Shown: positions 14,201-29,228 of the stretch, piece by piece
How the letters are laid out: each line of letters starts with the position of its first letter
Position numbering within the stretch: position 1 is the stretch's first letter
Assembly (NCBI GenBank): GCA_964016885.1
Contig: OZ024746.1
Span: 34,844,001-34,908,000, forward strand
Source: Eledone cirrhosa
Lineage: Eukaryota
Reading direction: 5' to 3'
Length of the DNA stretch: 64,000 nucleotides
Notes under the pieces: generated by a model
The model's input: only the letters and a program-made list of their open reading frames with translations
What the model was told of the DNA's origin: nothing
Database searches by the model: none
Made by a program: the position numbers and the translations under genes

Positions 14201-17200
14201 ACTTCACACCTCCTAATCCATCAAATTGTCAATCGCATACTGACCAGGCACCGCCAAACTAAATAAAATCTACTATAACACCGTCTCAACGGCTATATTA
14301 GTGAAAACAAAATACAAATAACCATAAACGTCAACTAAAAAATCGTGACACACGCAGATGATGAACATATTTGGATTTACAGAGAACACTTCCACATAAA
14401 TTGGCAGCGCAAATAGAAAAGAAAATGAAATAAACAAAAGTGAATAGAAACATGCGTAGAACAGTGTTCCGTAGTATATTTATCTAACGGATGGAGAAAC
14501 AAACAATGAGATGCAAGAAATCTATCAGATCCAGGAAGGATTAATCCAGCTCTGACAGGTCTGTCAATATTTCCATTAGAAGCCCTCATAAACTATGAGG
14601 AATATATATATTCCCTCGGATTCTAAGCGCCGAAAATATAAATTTTATATAAATCATGATGCACGCATGCGTGAATATGGTATAAAATAGCTTATAAAAT
14701 GGGTTGAAAACCCTTAAGAGACGGAAGTAATTTCCATCGGCCGCTATGAGGAACTGAACTGGCCGATGGCAACATCTTTTTCCGTATATTAATGGTCTTC
14801 ATAATTTATAAAGTTAGATTATAGCACCTCCGCACCTGAACACATCATTCTTTATATACACAATATAACAGCACGATTTACATAAATAAGCAATTTACAT
14901 AGAGCACATACATTTAAGATACTTACAATGAGAAAATGTGTCTAATATTAATATATACATGAAAATCCGAGAAATGGTTTCGCAACAACAAACTCTAATT
15001 TTCACATTTATTTCATATATATTTTCATATATATTTCGAAATACAGAAACACCAATACACAGGGAGAACATATACCCTAACAAACAAACTGGTAACAAAA
15101 AGAAAGGCACAAAATTAATGTACCGTCTTTAAGCTGATGATCGCCTATTTTCATTGCTATACACCCTGCCCATGTAGGTTTTCCCCTCCTGTCGATGACA
15201 TCGTCACTCTGAGAACCACCAGAATGTATATATTAGAAGCAAGGTATTGAAAAGTATGGAGAGTAGGATATGGACATACATTCACATTGCACATATACAT
15301 ACAATTCACTGATGCTTAACAGTCTACAGAATGGCACGCTGCTAAGCGGAGGCAACGTAAACCTCAAGGTAAAATACACTTGAGTCGTTTACGCGGCTAC
15401 GAATCTGCCACGCGCCTTCAAATCAGAAGTTAACTTTTGCTGCATCAACGTGGGCAAAACCAAAAGGTGCATGAATATCTCCGTTCCATTCCATCATTGC
15501 ATGCTAATTTCTGTGTATAGGATTGCTAACTTTACAGTGAGTCTAAGAGCAAGATAACTGCCAGCAAAAACACATAGTAGTTAGATATTTACCTAAGGCA
15601 AACTCACGCAGAGGAACTTAATATAATATCGACTTTGTTTAGCTTTTATTAATTCAGAAATATATATATCATAATCTCTCTTTCGTCTTTTGTATATTTC
15701 CTGATACATTTATTTGCAGATCTAGATATTATACATTATATTTTCCTTTGGGTGTATATATTGTATTTGTATCATTAATGCTCGATGTCTCTTGTATACG
15801 TGTATACATATGTTTATTAGTCTGTTAGAATAAACGTTATTAATGAGAATTTGTTTAATAAGTTTTTGATCATCTCAAGTTTTATTATCTCTTACAAGAC
15901 ACACATCGTCGAAATCGGCATTAACTATTTGCCTTAATATATTTTCCCTGACTACTAAGCCTATAACAAAAAGAACAACAATTCCATATATGGAATTTCT
16001 GTATTTACTTTCAAGCATCTAAGTTTCCACGTTCAAATCAAACCGTAAGTTAATTTGTCTTTTATTACTCTTATATATACCAATTATAACATAGTATAAG
16101 ATTAACTGAAGCCAGCCCACTGTTCAGTAGTTATGACATTCGGAATGTCTTTTGTCCATAACCACAGATTGAATCAAAACTAAATATTGTGTGTAAAACC
16201 AAGTAGACAGTAGTTGTGTGAACACCTGTCCATTGATTATAATTATATATCAAGGGTCTAAATTTGGCACACATTGTATCACACTGAAGTGTCTTTTGAA
16301 TTACTTTAAAAATATGCGTATCTATGGAATGCGCGGTAATTTATGTTTTAATTTAACGAGAAGATAGCTCAGTTGATCAAACAACTATGCTCATCTTCAA
16401 ACCAACGAAGGATCCATCATCCACCGTCTTTCAATTCAAGAACATGTATGTATACCAGAGGACGTTCATTTGAATATATTTTAATTCACTGTGTCATTAT
16501 CTATACTTATGTTCTTACAATGGCCTGTTAGTTACCATTAATTGCACATAGCAGTACATATTCTAACAGCCTGGGATTTATGTTGTAATTTATTACTTGC
16601 CTTGGCAAATTTCATTGGATAGTATGTTTCACCTCACTATATTTCCTATATAAAAACGCACCGTGTGTGCATGTAGTATTTAACTGTAGTATTTTCACAC
16701 AGCCACATTGCTCTCATAATGCTGCTTAATTTAGTCTCATGTATTAATCTTCCATTGTCGTAATCTCGATTGTATATTGGCGAAAAGTATTTTATGAAGA
16801 ATATAAAATTACGTTGCTTTGCTGTAGTCTTTAGTGAATATTCTAATTTTGAATGTTTAACCCGTTTGTATTATTGCATACACTACTATACATAAATTCC
16901 CTGTAATAGACTTGCGCGTATGAGGACTATTATTATTAGTTTGTATTCATGATACAACCGAGCACAGAACTAGGTTCCTCGGTTCTTAGCAATCCTGTAG
17001 TTGTGTTTTATATTCTATTGAAAGTTCTCCATGTAATATGTCGTTAGTATACTTATGTTCTTTCCTCTATTTTGTATGAGTTCTGAGTCTTGGTTACGTG
17101 TTGATCTCTCTATTTTTTTTTCTAAGTGAAAGCAATATTTATTATGTACGTTGTTTCTGTTTGTCTCTATGTCCAGATATTAATATTTGAATTGATTGTG

Positions 17201-17419
17201 TATTATATTCAAATGTATATTTGTATATGTTCAATGCACTATATTCAATCACGAATCGCCTTTTAATGTCAGAAATAAATAGAAGTACTTACAGGACGTA
17301 GGAAAGTAGAAACGTCACATCAAGTATCTACTATAGGATTACAAAAATATCTTGTTTAAAAAAAATAAACAAATACAATTAACTACAAAGTGGGAATTAA
17401 ACATGAGAATATAATATTG

Positions 17420-18030
17420 CCAACCTTCCAAACAACACTGACTGCACAAATTGAAGCCACCTTGAAGTCGTTAAGTGTGAGCGCGAGTGAAGGCGTTCCT
17501 TAAAATCTGATGTTAATGGCTAAAGCATCTATTTACAGATTTTACTTCCAAGCCGGCTAGTGAAGTTAACTTGTCCATCATTTTGAGGCTATCTTCAATT
17601 TTGTCATCGTTAAATACAACCGAGCACATAACGATATGAACGAATTAACCATATCATCAACAAGTGTCACAAACTGTCCGCATGTTTGTGTCTTCTCATA
17701 TGATATGCCATTGTTGACAAGGCTGTTTGCAGGCTAGACAAAAGAAACATAATATAGGTTTACAAACATTGAAAAATAAGTAACACTGTTGGTATATTCC
17801 ACTAGAAGAAGTAATCAAATGCACTTAATGCACACAAAAAAAAACAAAAAAAAACAAAGGCACATCAGGTTCTTCCTTGAGACAGAGGACAACATGTTTG
17901 TACTGCTTTAGATGTCAACTCACCAGTGGATATGAATATCTTAAAACCATATATTAAAACGTGGAACACCTCGTATGAACTAATTCAGAACTGACAGTTC
18001 AAGTATCTAGGCCTATATTTGTGGCAATTA
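17420..18030 (+). pseudogene. Possible very decayed LINE RT remnant
   Basis: GVP-like and IFNFVI-like fragments, plus QFKYLG near 17995-18012. Confidence 0.35.
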
Positions 18031-18705
18031 TCATAGTTATATTGGGATATGTAACAGCAGACTTGCATAATGTTTATGGAAATTCAGGAGCTTTCCACGA
18101 AATAACAAATCAAAGAATCTCATGACTCAAAAATCAGTCGATTAAGGGCATAGTGAAGACTGTAGTAGATTCAAACGATTCTCCATTTGAGTTTTCTATA
18201 ATCACTATTTAGAGAAACACACGTGTCTCCTACACACATACATAAAAGGTAAACGCACATTGGTATAAATAAGAGGCATGTACACTCACTACTCAAGTGC
18301 ATATGTATCAATAAGTTACATATGCATCAATAAGTACGCAAACAGTGAATCACGCATATATATAATATCTCACCCATCAAAATTATTGTAATTTTGTTAA
18401 TAGCTGGCTTGAATTCTGCGACGAAAATGCATACAAACACATACATAAATAAATACATACATACACACATAGATGCATACATATAAACATGAATACATAT
18501 GTATATATATATTTACATATATACATAAATGCGTATATACATTCCAAAATGCAAGTGCATCAATGGATTCATTGAATATCGAAAGCAGCTATGATTCATA
18601 GGAATCGTGATTCCTGTGATTCTCATCCTAGTGGAGAAAGAGATAATGGAATTTGAAGGGAGTAGTGAAAATATAAAGGGTCAATTTATGAGGGATATAG
18701 ACAGC

Positions 18706-18739
<34 letters not shown>

Positions 18740-19330
18740 TAAATGGAATAGAATGAAACGAAATTTCATACATACATACATACATACTTATATATACATA
18801 CAATATACATACATACTTACATATATATATATATATATAATATATATATATATAGAGAGAGAGAGATATAGTGTGAGAGTTGAATGGAGGATAGAAAGTT
18901 AATGGAGGTTAATACATAATAGAATTTTACTTGTCCAAATAGCACCTCTTAAATATCTCATAATTAACAACTGCTTGTTCTTTTAGAGAAAGAACAAGAA
19001 GGCGGCGATCGGAAATAAGAGACATATTGACCTGGAAAAGCTAGGGAAAGATAGAAAAAAAATGAATGTACGTAATAATACAGAGAGAAGATATGAAAAA
19101 AAATAAAAAATAAACGGGGGATGTGAAAAATAGAAAGAGGGGGAAAGCAGAGGGAAAGCAAGATTAATGAAAATATATAGAAAATGGGCTAATATGAGTG
19201 ATTTAAACACTTTAGAGAAAGAAAGTGAAAAAGCAACAAAGAAAATGCGAAAAAGGGAGATACCATTGTGATAGAAATAAAAAGGATGGGAGAATGTAAG
19301 ATCGTGACTAACAAAAACACGGACAGTAAT

Positions 19331-19395
<65 letters not shown>

Positions 19396-19693
19396 AACTT
19401 AAAAAACATAGATAACCAAGAGAGTAGGAGAAAGATGCAAAGGATGTGATTTTGAATAGTAGAAAAAAAGGAGAGAGAGACGACAGGAGTTAATCTGTGA
19501 GAGAGATTGATGGTGGTAATGAGATAATGTAATATAACACAGAAACGGGGGAAATAGAGGAATAATGGATGATTGATAAATACAGAGAGCTGTGTGACAA
19601 CGAGTGAACGAGACTAAAATACATAAGATGAAAGTAGTAAACGAATTAAATGATCGAAAAATATGTAAAATTTGCATGTGAGAGAGGTAGGTA

Positions 19694-19735
<42 letters not shown>

Positions 19736-19881
19736 TTTTGAGTTTATGTTGGTTGTATACCAACACCTCAGTATGCAGGCTGGAGCACTCGACGAAGTGC
19801 GCAGGTTGGTTTGGTTACTCCGGTGTAGTGTAAAATAAAGTTAAATAAAAGTCAAATGATTAAAATTTAGCTTCGTTTATT

Positions 19882-19936
19882 ACTGCTGTATATATTTCAG
19901 TGACAGCCATCTTTGGCTGTGACCTCTTCAGGCAGT
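19882..19936 (-). ncRNA. Hammerhead motif with long helix II
   Basis: actgc CTGAAGA ggtcacagcca-aaga-tggctgtcact GAAA tatata ca gcagt. Core intact, cleavage triplet or register imperfect, in an island between (TA)n and (GA)n. Confidence 0.65.
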
Positions 19937-19963
19937 TTGAATTAGTATGGTATAGACAAGTAC

Positions 19964-19997
<34 letters not shown>

Positions 19998-20850
19998 ACA
20001 TGCATTGTAAATAAGGTATAGAAAGTCCGATGGAGTGAATGGAATAGTGAGATTCCGTGTGAGAGGAAGAATGCATGCGTGATACAGAAAGTGAGATGTA
20101 GGTAACGATGAAAGACTGAGAGAAATATTGAAAAAACAGAAGATAATAAAGGTACAAATAGGGGGGCGAAATAGATAATGACAGAGACAGGAAATTTGAA
20201 CTACAGAGTCAGAGAGATAAAGAATTGCAGAAAGAAACACAGAGACCCAACTAATAAATGTCATAGACATTGAGCCGTGAAAAAATGTTGGTACAGACGG
20301 AGATAGAAAATAAGATATAAAGAAAAGGACATTGAAAGAGGAGGTAAAGAAATAACCAGAAAACCAAACTGATAAAGTCTGTTTCCGAGAGAGACAAAGA
20401 ATGAGAGAATGAAATAGAGTAAAATTATCAGAGATGAGAAAGAATAACATATAAAGAGTAACATATCGATAGAAAAATTATATATATATATATATATGTA
20501 TATAGATAGATAGAGAGAGAGAAGGAGAGAGAGAGCGAGATAGCCAGAGTGAGAGAGTGAGAGAGAGAGAGAGAGAGAATTGCAACGTGTCACTGGCTGT
20601 GTTATAAAAGAGAAAATCAGAGTAAATAATAAAAATGACATAATGAGACTTCCATGCCGAAACGAAACATTTCAAAATGATTTGAGATGCACGGAGATGA
20701 GTCTGCTAACACTGACCAATCATGATTCCGCAGATGTATGGAAGATCAGTAATCAGACATATGCAGAAACAATGACACAAATACATACGAGTGGGTGTGC
20801 GTATATATATATATATATATATGCATGCATATGTGTAATCCAGATATGAC

Positions 20851-21180
20851 TGTGAAGGCGCATGGCTTAGTGGATAGAGCATTAGGCTTGCAAACGGAAG
20901 GTTAGACCGGGTCATGCGTTGTGCCCTTGAGCAAGATACTTTATTCCACGTTGTTCCAATTTACTCAGCTGTAGAAATGAGTTGCGACGTCACTGGTGTC
21001 ATGTTGTATCGTCCATTGATTTTCCCTTGGACATCACCGGTGGCGTGGATAGGTTGACTGCGTGGATGGGTGCCTGCTGGTCTTCCAGAAACAACTTTGC
21101 GTGAACTTGTGTCACGGAGGAAGACTTTCTAGGTACAAATCCCATGGCCATTCCTGACTGAAGGTGGTCTTTACTTTACT
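20851..21180 (+). mobile_element. tRNA-derived CORE-type SINE
   Basis: A-box tggcttagtgg, CORE-like cccttgagcaagatactt, tail ctttactttac. Inverted diverged copy at 13905-14200. Confidence 0.8.
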
Positions 21181-23542
21181 GTTTTAATATACACACAATT
21201 TTAGCGTCACTATGAAAAGTAGACAAAGTGGTTAAACACAAATAATATGTCTCCATAGGGTGAAAATGTGTCAATGCAAATATATGTTAATCGTCTCACA
21301 CCTTTACTGAAGGTATTCCGTCCTTCTGTAATAGAGTGATGAATAGATTATTGTTATTTAAAAGGTATTCATACATGTATACAGTTAAATTGTTAAGTCT
21401 AGTTTGCATAGTTGTGCATGCGCTACCAACATGGATAAATTGATTGATTCATGTGTCAGCAAGCAGAGTTTTTGAATTAAATGAAATGTAAAATATACCT
21501 TTATTTAAATAAAAACAAAATGTATGCTTTGCAGTGAAAGATAAACAATTGTTACATCATAAGTATTATATTTCCATGGACAGAAAATGGAAAGACGATA
21601 CACGTCATTTCTGGCATTCTAACCTTAATCAGAGAATTAATAACCCCCCCCCCCCGCCCTTCATCAATGGAGAGATAAGATTCTCTAATATGCACCTGAA
21701 ATAACGATTATTTAATAAGATTGTTAATGTAAAAGAAATGCCGTACGTTTTCTAGCTTGACATGCACCATAATGCAATAGCAATAGCTCCTAACAGTGCA
21801 ATATAGTGATAAACATGAAAAAATTATATTTATTATGTTCGGGACAGGTATAAGTTTAACCCAATTAATTATCACAAGAGCATTCCTATCAAAACTTTCC
21901 GGTCAATGGAATCTCAACCAGCATGATCATTTTATTTGGGACAGGAGAAAGTTGACCATCTTATGTAGACCGTTCTTTGTATATTATTTTGAAAAGGACA
22001 ATTTGCTTTAAAATCTAATACCGATTTATATATTTACAGATGTACCCATAATTATTAGTTCATTTAAATATGTTAATAAGAGTCAAATTAGTCAGCTAAA
22101 ACCTGGATTTCCAAACCACGCAAAACATTAGTTTAGCCTGAAAAATGTGTGCCGGTGGCAAGAAAGATAACATCTGGGATTATATAGTGTAATTCCTGAA
22201 AATATTTTATCAACATATGAATAATTTTTTTATCAGATATTCGTGGACTAATTGATGTTTTTTCGTCTAAAGTGAGGACAGGGAGATCATTTATGATGAC
22301 CTCCACCGAAATCTAGAACTTTTATCCATAAGCTCTAAACGTGGTATTATCATAAACACACACTGCTCTAGGGGAAATGGAATAGAAGCAATGCACTCTT
22401 TTTGTTTGTTTGATGTACTGTACATATAAATACCTAATCTACCTTTTTTCGCAAAGCTGTTATTTTCCACCACTCATCAAACTGCATCGTTCAAAAACAG
22501 CTCCTCGTCTGATTATATTTTGACGAGTATATTATCAGGTGTTTTCTTCTTATGTGTAAGGGCGTATATGCCATATAGCGTGCACATTACTATTATTTCT
22601 AGTTACGTTAAGTGACGACGTAACACATTCAACTTGGAGCCTCACGATATGGTGTATCCCCATAAATGTTTAGCTTTTCTATTCTGTTTATACGGAATCC
22701 AAATCTCATAGATACTCTGGCTTCGTAAACAAGGAAATGTTTTTAAGATCGGAAGGTAATTACAAAGGTGTCTAGCTTCAGTTACCTCCAAATACATGGA
22801 GATATTCATCGCATCTGCGCATTCGAAAATAAGTGCATGCACATATACAAGAACACACAAAAATACATACACATATAGGTATATGTGAGTTATTACTCTA
22901 TAATCTCCTTTGTTGAAGCATTGTGAATTATTGCATACACCATAGATATACAGGACTGTATTCTTCCGTATATACTGACATACATACACTCATAATCACT
23001 AATGCAGTCACATGTACCCAAATGCCTGGTACCATCTTGACTGAATCAAAGAAATCCTTATTACTTTAACAAATACTTGCCCTTGTAAAGAATAAATAAG
23101 ATTTAGATTGAATGACAGGCTTTTAATATATTAAGGAAAAACTTAAATAATTTTCAGGACGACAGCATACTTACACACATACCCATCTACTTACACCACC
23201 CCCCATATACATATGTTCGTGTGTGCGTTTGTGTGCGTGTGCGTGTATATGCGCATATATATATATTTATATATATTTATATATATATATTGGGAGCGAG
23301 TGAGAAAGTGAGAGAGAGAGAGATAGATAGATAGAGAGGCAGGCAGAGATGAATAGATAACCAAAAGTGCATATATACATAAATGTATATCGTAACAAAC
23401 TTCGTTTCCACTAAAATACATACATATATATATATATTCTTCTGCACTTTCAGTGATTACATATCTCTTGCGCATCAACCAATACTTGTATGCCTATCTG
23501 TATGTGTATCTATCATATATATATTGTATAGTACAAAATAAT

Positions 23543-23635
23543 TGTTTCTACTTTAGGCACAAGGCGAGCAATTAACCAGTACATTACTGGTACTTTATTT
23601 TATCGACCCCGTAAGTCAACCTCGGCGGGATTTGA
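23543..23635 (-). mobile_element. Nin/Deu-domain SINE fragment
   Basis: actggtactttattttatcgacccc..cctcggcgggatttgaa. Confidence 0.75.
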
Positions 23636-24829
23636 AGTACAAAATAATGAATATCGTTGTTTACCGTTAGTCGGATACTGGATCAGGACGAATTTCTGGG
23701 GTAGACTATATTATCCTGATAAGGTCGATTAGAGATAAACCTATCCATAATAGTGCTTTCTCTGTAAAGATCAGATCTTCCTTCCCCATGCCTGGAAATA
23801 ATCCTATGAGATAAAGCTTAATTCTTTGTCGTGATCTTTGACTTTTTTCTGCGAAAATCACTAGTATTTGCCACTGGTATATTTATTCATTCCTCCATAT
23901 TAGAGTTTGAATTTTCTAGCCGGTGTAAATAAGTACATATTTTAACGTATTGAGATATACATATGCACTATCATACTCAATTATATTTTACTATTTTAAA
24001 CTACAGCGTTTGTCTCTAAACTTCCATGTCTCGGCCAGTACATTTTCCAACTCTTAGTGCATTAGACTATAACACATTTGAATAAATAAAAATATTAAAT
24101 ATGTTGAAAATCGAACAACATTGGTTAAACTCTGTATTACAAATAAATAACCCAAATAAATAATGCAACAATGTAAATCTACCAATGCATTTTTTACAGG
24201 AAATTCGAGTTATTCATAACATTTTTACAATATAGCATATATAGCTAAATACAGTTTTCGGAGAATATTATGAGGAAATATCTGAGGTATTGGAGGTGCA
24301 ATAACAGAAGGAATGTTTCAAAGTTAAAATATGTAAATGCCATTTTAAATTAAATCAGCTTCTTTAACTGTTCTTGGTTTTCACTTCAAATGTTATAGTG
24401 CGATAGCGTGAAAAAGCGTATATCTTAATGTATATAGCTTTATATTGATGATTTTTAACACATTATAACACATATTTCCTCACCGATTTATGACATTTTC
24501 TATTACAGTGCACTCTTTAATACGATCTGTTTTTACATTAACACATTTAAAAAAAAAATCATAATACACTGCGCTACATTACACTCACTTCAACATAACA
24601 CATTACACTTCTTTACGCAATATTACATCACACTCACTCCGCTACAACCTGTTAGAAAGAATTTGTTCTATATAAATTATAAACCTACTTTTCAATATAG
24701 ACCCCACTATAGATACACGTAATCATTGATATAAATACTGACATTGAATATAATTGACATTTGATTAAATAAGAACACATATTACATTGTACCGTTTAGT
24801 AATTAAAGCCAAATATATATATAGCTAGT

Positions 24830-25510
24830 CGATCAGGTAAAAATAGCAGTTAAGTCCGCAGCAAATAGGGGAAGGATAAGGGAACACTGGCGAGAACTCC
24901 AGGATGCGAGAACGCCAGGATGGGAAAAACTCATCAGTAGTCCACCAACATGCCAAAAAGAGAACTTAGGGGTAGATTAGAGAACATAGAGATAAAAATT
25001 ATAATGACACACAGAAAAGATGTAATGCTCAGACAAATCACAGAGGTGACAAACGTCAACAAAATCCAGCCAAGATTAAACAGAAAACATAAGTGGAATA
25101 ATAACATCACAATTAGGAATTAAGGAGTAAATGAAGACATACAAACACACACACAAACCAAATTACCAAAACACCCCAGTTACACACAGATAGAACAAAC
25201 AACCAACTAATGACTAGTAAATAAGCACATAAATAAATAAACACACACACAAACCTGGATGTAACGTATGCGCAAACTGAGCACACAAGACAGAACGCAA
25301 GACACAAACAAAACAAATATTGTAGGATAGAACAAAGGAGAGACACAAAATAAAAACCCAGTCAGTGTGGAGGTCAGAGAATGTGTGACGAAAGAGCTTT
25401 TACAATATATATAAAACCATCCAGTTATCGAACCAACCAACAAATCGGAAGCTTTTAATAAATTAAAGTGAAAACCAACAGGTGCATGTGTTTTTATTGG
25501 CAGCATAACT
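24830..25510 (+). mobile_element. 3' fragment of a PLE (end of GIY-YIG plus pLTR with decayed HHR at 25361-25403)
   Basis: SSVVHQHAK..LENIEIKI..LRQITE..NKIQPRLNRK. Inverted homolog at 60690-61270. Confidence 0.75.
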
Positions 25511-25584
25511 CTCCCAAAGTATAACAATATCCGTTTCAACACACGTTTTCAGATAAGATATTTTGCAAAACAAATTCAAAAACG

Positions 25585-25628
<44 letters not shown>

Positions 25629-25874
25629 GTGTGTGTGCAGCTGGGCATGTGCGTTTAATTTAATATAACATCTAAACTAACTCAATTCAAAATATCCCTT
25701 AGCATATATATTAAAGTAAAATATATATAACTGATGGGCATGTTTGATATATTCTAGTTTAATATGTAGGTCCCGAAATGTTTTTGATGAAGTTACCCTG
25801 CATAACATATTAACTATACAGCACTAAACCGACTTTATTGTTAACATTTCTAATTTGGAAATGCATTTCTGACA

Positions 25875-25894
25875 TATCTCTCTCTCTCTCTCTT

Positions 25895-25927
<33 letters not shown>

Positions 25928-25930
25928 ATT

Positions 25931-25965
<35 letters not shown>

Positions 25966-25971
25966 ATATTT

Positions 25972-26061
<90 letters not shown>

Positions 26062-26068
26062 TTTTTTA

Positions 26069-26140
<72 letters not shown>

Positions 26141-26184
26141 CATATATATATATATATTTTTATATATATATATATATATATATA
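25875..26184. repeat. (CT)n-(TA)n microsatellite with T-run interruptions
   Basis: Direct reading of the sequence. Confidence 0.97.
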
Positions 26185-26244
26185 GTGGTAGAACACTGGA
26201 AGGTAATATCCGTAGTGGTAGAGCACTCAGGCCATGGGACGAGT

Positions 26245-26943
26245 TATGAATGTATGTATAGTATATTTGGCAATATACCGTATGTTTAATTAAAAAAAAA
26301 CATTTTGAAGAACATACGCTAACGGTTTTAAAGTAGTGACTATGTCACTTACTTCTTTTCGGCGAAAGAAGGGAGAGGAATTAACAGTTCACGCTGTTGG
26401 CGATCATCAGAGCCACGCACTTCTGCTTTCGCCCATATTATTGAAGCTGAATCCTTATAGGATGCCAATAAAAATCAGGAGCTGATTATACAGAGCGATT
26501 GCCGGTCCAGCAAAAATTAGGTATTATGATTGGTGCTCTGAAATAGCGATGCATATATGAATGTAGGTATAGTATATTTGGCAATATACCGTATGTTTAA
26601 TTAAAAACATTTTGAAGACAATACGCTATCGGTTTTTAAGTATTGACTATGTCAGTTACTTCTTTTCGCCGAAAGAAGGGAGAGAAGCTGACAGTATGTT
26701 TCACGCTGGTTGACGTACTCCCCTGCTTTCGCCGAAAACTATAGAAGCTGGATGCTTACATAACTCCAGTTATAATCAGGAGCTGATTATACAGAACGAT
26801 TGCCGGTCCAGCAAAAATTAAATATGAGGATTGGTGCTCTGAAAAAGCGATGTATACATGTATGTATAGTATATTTGGAAATAAAACTGATAGCGTATGG
26901 TCTTCTAAAAGTTTTTAATTAAACATACGGTATATTGCCAAAT
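26245..26943. repeat. Diverged ~310 bp tandem repeat (two units plus a partial) closed by an inverted copy of the unit start
   Basis: tatagtatatttggcaatataccgtatgtttaattaaaaa at ~26257 and ~26568, partial at ~26865, inverted at ~26912-26943. Confidence 0.85.
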
Positions 26944-27140
26944 GTGGAGGCACGTGGCCTAGTGGTATGAGTGTTGGACTTACGATCATAATGTCGTGGG
27001 TTCGATTCCTGCGCTGCCTGCTGTGTTCTTGAGCAAAACACTTCATTTCACGTTGCTCCAGTATACTCAGCTGAAAATGAGTACCAGCAATAGCTGGAGG
27101 TATAACCCTGCGATGGGCTGGCGTCCTGTCCAGGGGGGTA
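26944..27140 (+). mobile_element. tRNA-derived SINE with a different 3' tail
   Basis: A-box tggcctagtgg, B-box ggttcgattcc, cttgagcaaaacactt, tail ccctgcgatgggctggcgtcctgtccagggg. Confidence 0.85.
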
Positions 27141-27205
27141 TTTTTAACTCTCCGTCGCTTCACTTTAGACTTTTTTTTTATAATGCTACATATACTATAC
27201 ATACA

Positions 27206-27251
<46 letters not shown>

Positions 27252-28167
27252 AATGAGCTTCCATAAAGCATCCTCGTCAGACCAGTGTCAAGTCAGGTCT
27301 CTGCCTGCTACTCTACCATGTCACCCGATACGAGTTGTTTCGTGGTAATTTGGACGGCAACTAAACTGGTTCTCCCACCAGACTCTCGTCTGCCTAGAAG
27401 GGTAAGTTGAAACCCAGCAGCACAAATACAATAGGGACCTTATAGAAATGTTAATGAGGAGGCGATATATATTCATAGCATTCTAATTGGACTGCAAATA
27501 AATTATATAAACATTTTTGCCTGATTCAGAAGAAGAAAATCGAATTCAACTTCGAACAGAACTGCCTTTCACAGAGTTGCATCTCGTTAAATCTGGTGTT
27601 AACGAATTTTGGGTTTAGTAAGAAGTTAGTTAATGTTGACGGGAGATTTTCCCCCTCACAATCGAAGAAAATCAGAAAAAAAAAGTAATCTAGTTCAATC
27701 CTCTGTAAATCTGAAATACCATGTAATGTGTGTACCTAATTAGAAAACAGCAGAAACACACATAACACACGCTAAAACAAACGTAAATGCACTAAGTTTC
27801 AGCAGTCTTTATACAAAGATACCGCTACATCTAGCGAAATAAATGAATCGACTTTCTAAGGCAGTAATTTATATGCTGGCCCTCAATATTCAAGTGATTC
27901 ACAGCAAATAACCTGAATGGGGTTTTCACTCAGTATGTACATTTCTTTATGTTTAGACACATGTTGGAACAGCTTGCCGTATCACTTAAGAAGAAAACAG
28001 AACTTCCATATGTTCTGACATATGTAGAGTTCCGAATCATCTAGTGTTAAAAAAATGTTTAGATATATTTTACTAAAATCATTTATTTCACTGGGGGCAA
28101 AGGAAACTACTCTTATTTATTGTGTTTGAAATACACCACACTCACCACATGTCCAACAGCCAAAACA

Positions 28168-28201
<34 letters not shown>

Positions 28202-28466
28202 TTTAATCTATTCTACTGCGAGCCAAACATTGGCCAATGGAAAAGGACATACTACATATATCAACTGTAATCAGCCTTATTTATGAGCAATTGCATTAAC
28301 ACTTCCGAATAAACAGACGCGTCTTGCGTTTCCAAACAAAATAAAAAAAAAAACAGTTTATAGCCCCACACATCTACACATAGGAATGAGCAGTCAGACA
28401 ATATATTTGTATTTGTTTTATCTACTGAAATATCCTACAGCCAAATACACACACACACACACACAT

Positions 28467-28506
<40 letters not shown>

Positions 28507-29228
28507 GAACGGCAAATATATGCAAATTTCGTTATTACTTTGTACTTTCACCTGAAATAAACTTATACATATATATATGTATGTGTATGATACGTTGGAA
28601 GCCCATACATGTATATTTAAGGAATTGTACATATATATGCACATATACATTTATGTAAGTATTTGCTTACATATAAATGTATGACTGTGTATTTGTATTT
28701 AAGTGTAAACATAGGCTTGGATGTTTCTAGAAGCGCAGACGTCTTGACATTTATTTAACTTTTAATATGTTAAAAGCCTGTCACTCAATGTAAATCTCAT
28801 TCATTCTTTGCAAGGACGAATAGTTATTAATGTAATAAGGTTTTCTTTGGTCCAATTAACATTTACCAGGCGTTAGTATACACATAACATCATGTCCTTG
28901 TATGTGAATATAAATATTTGTGTATTTATAGTGATGTATGTATTTACAAACGTATGTATGGTACACGTGTTGATATATTCAATGTTTTCGTAAAGTATTT
29001 TTCTGTCGCAGGAATTGTAGATACGAGTCTACATGTGTGTTTGTATATGTGAATAATTATAATTCAGATTTGACTTCTCAGACCTGTATTCAAATAAATT
29101 CCAGTAGTGATCAGTGGGTCATATTCCCTCGGTAGTAGACGTTCATAATATTATCCAACAAACCCTCCCTTCTATTCTGTATTTGCAGTGTGTGTTTTGT
29201 CGGAATTGTGGTTGTTATTATATTTGTC

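Noticed and set aside
15131-15160. CTGATGA heptamer (also at ~12284, and minus-strand CTGACGA at ~27274)
   Set aside because: No properly placed helix II plus GAAA and no helix I.
26944-27015. tRNA-like A and B boxes
   Set aside because: This is a SINE head that continues into SINE body and lacks a full cloverleaf.
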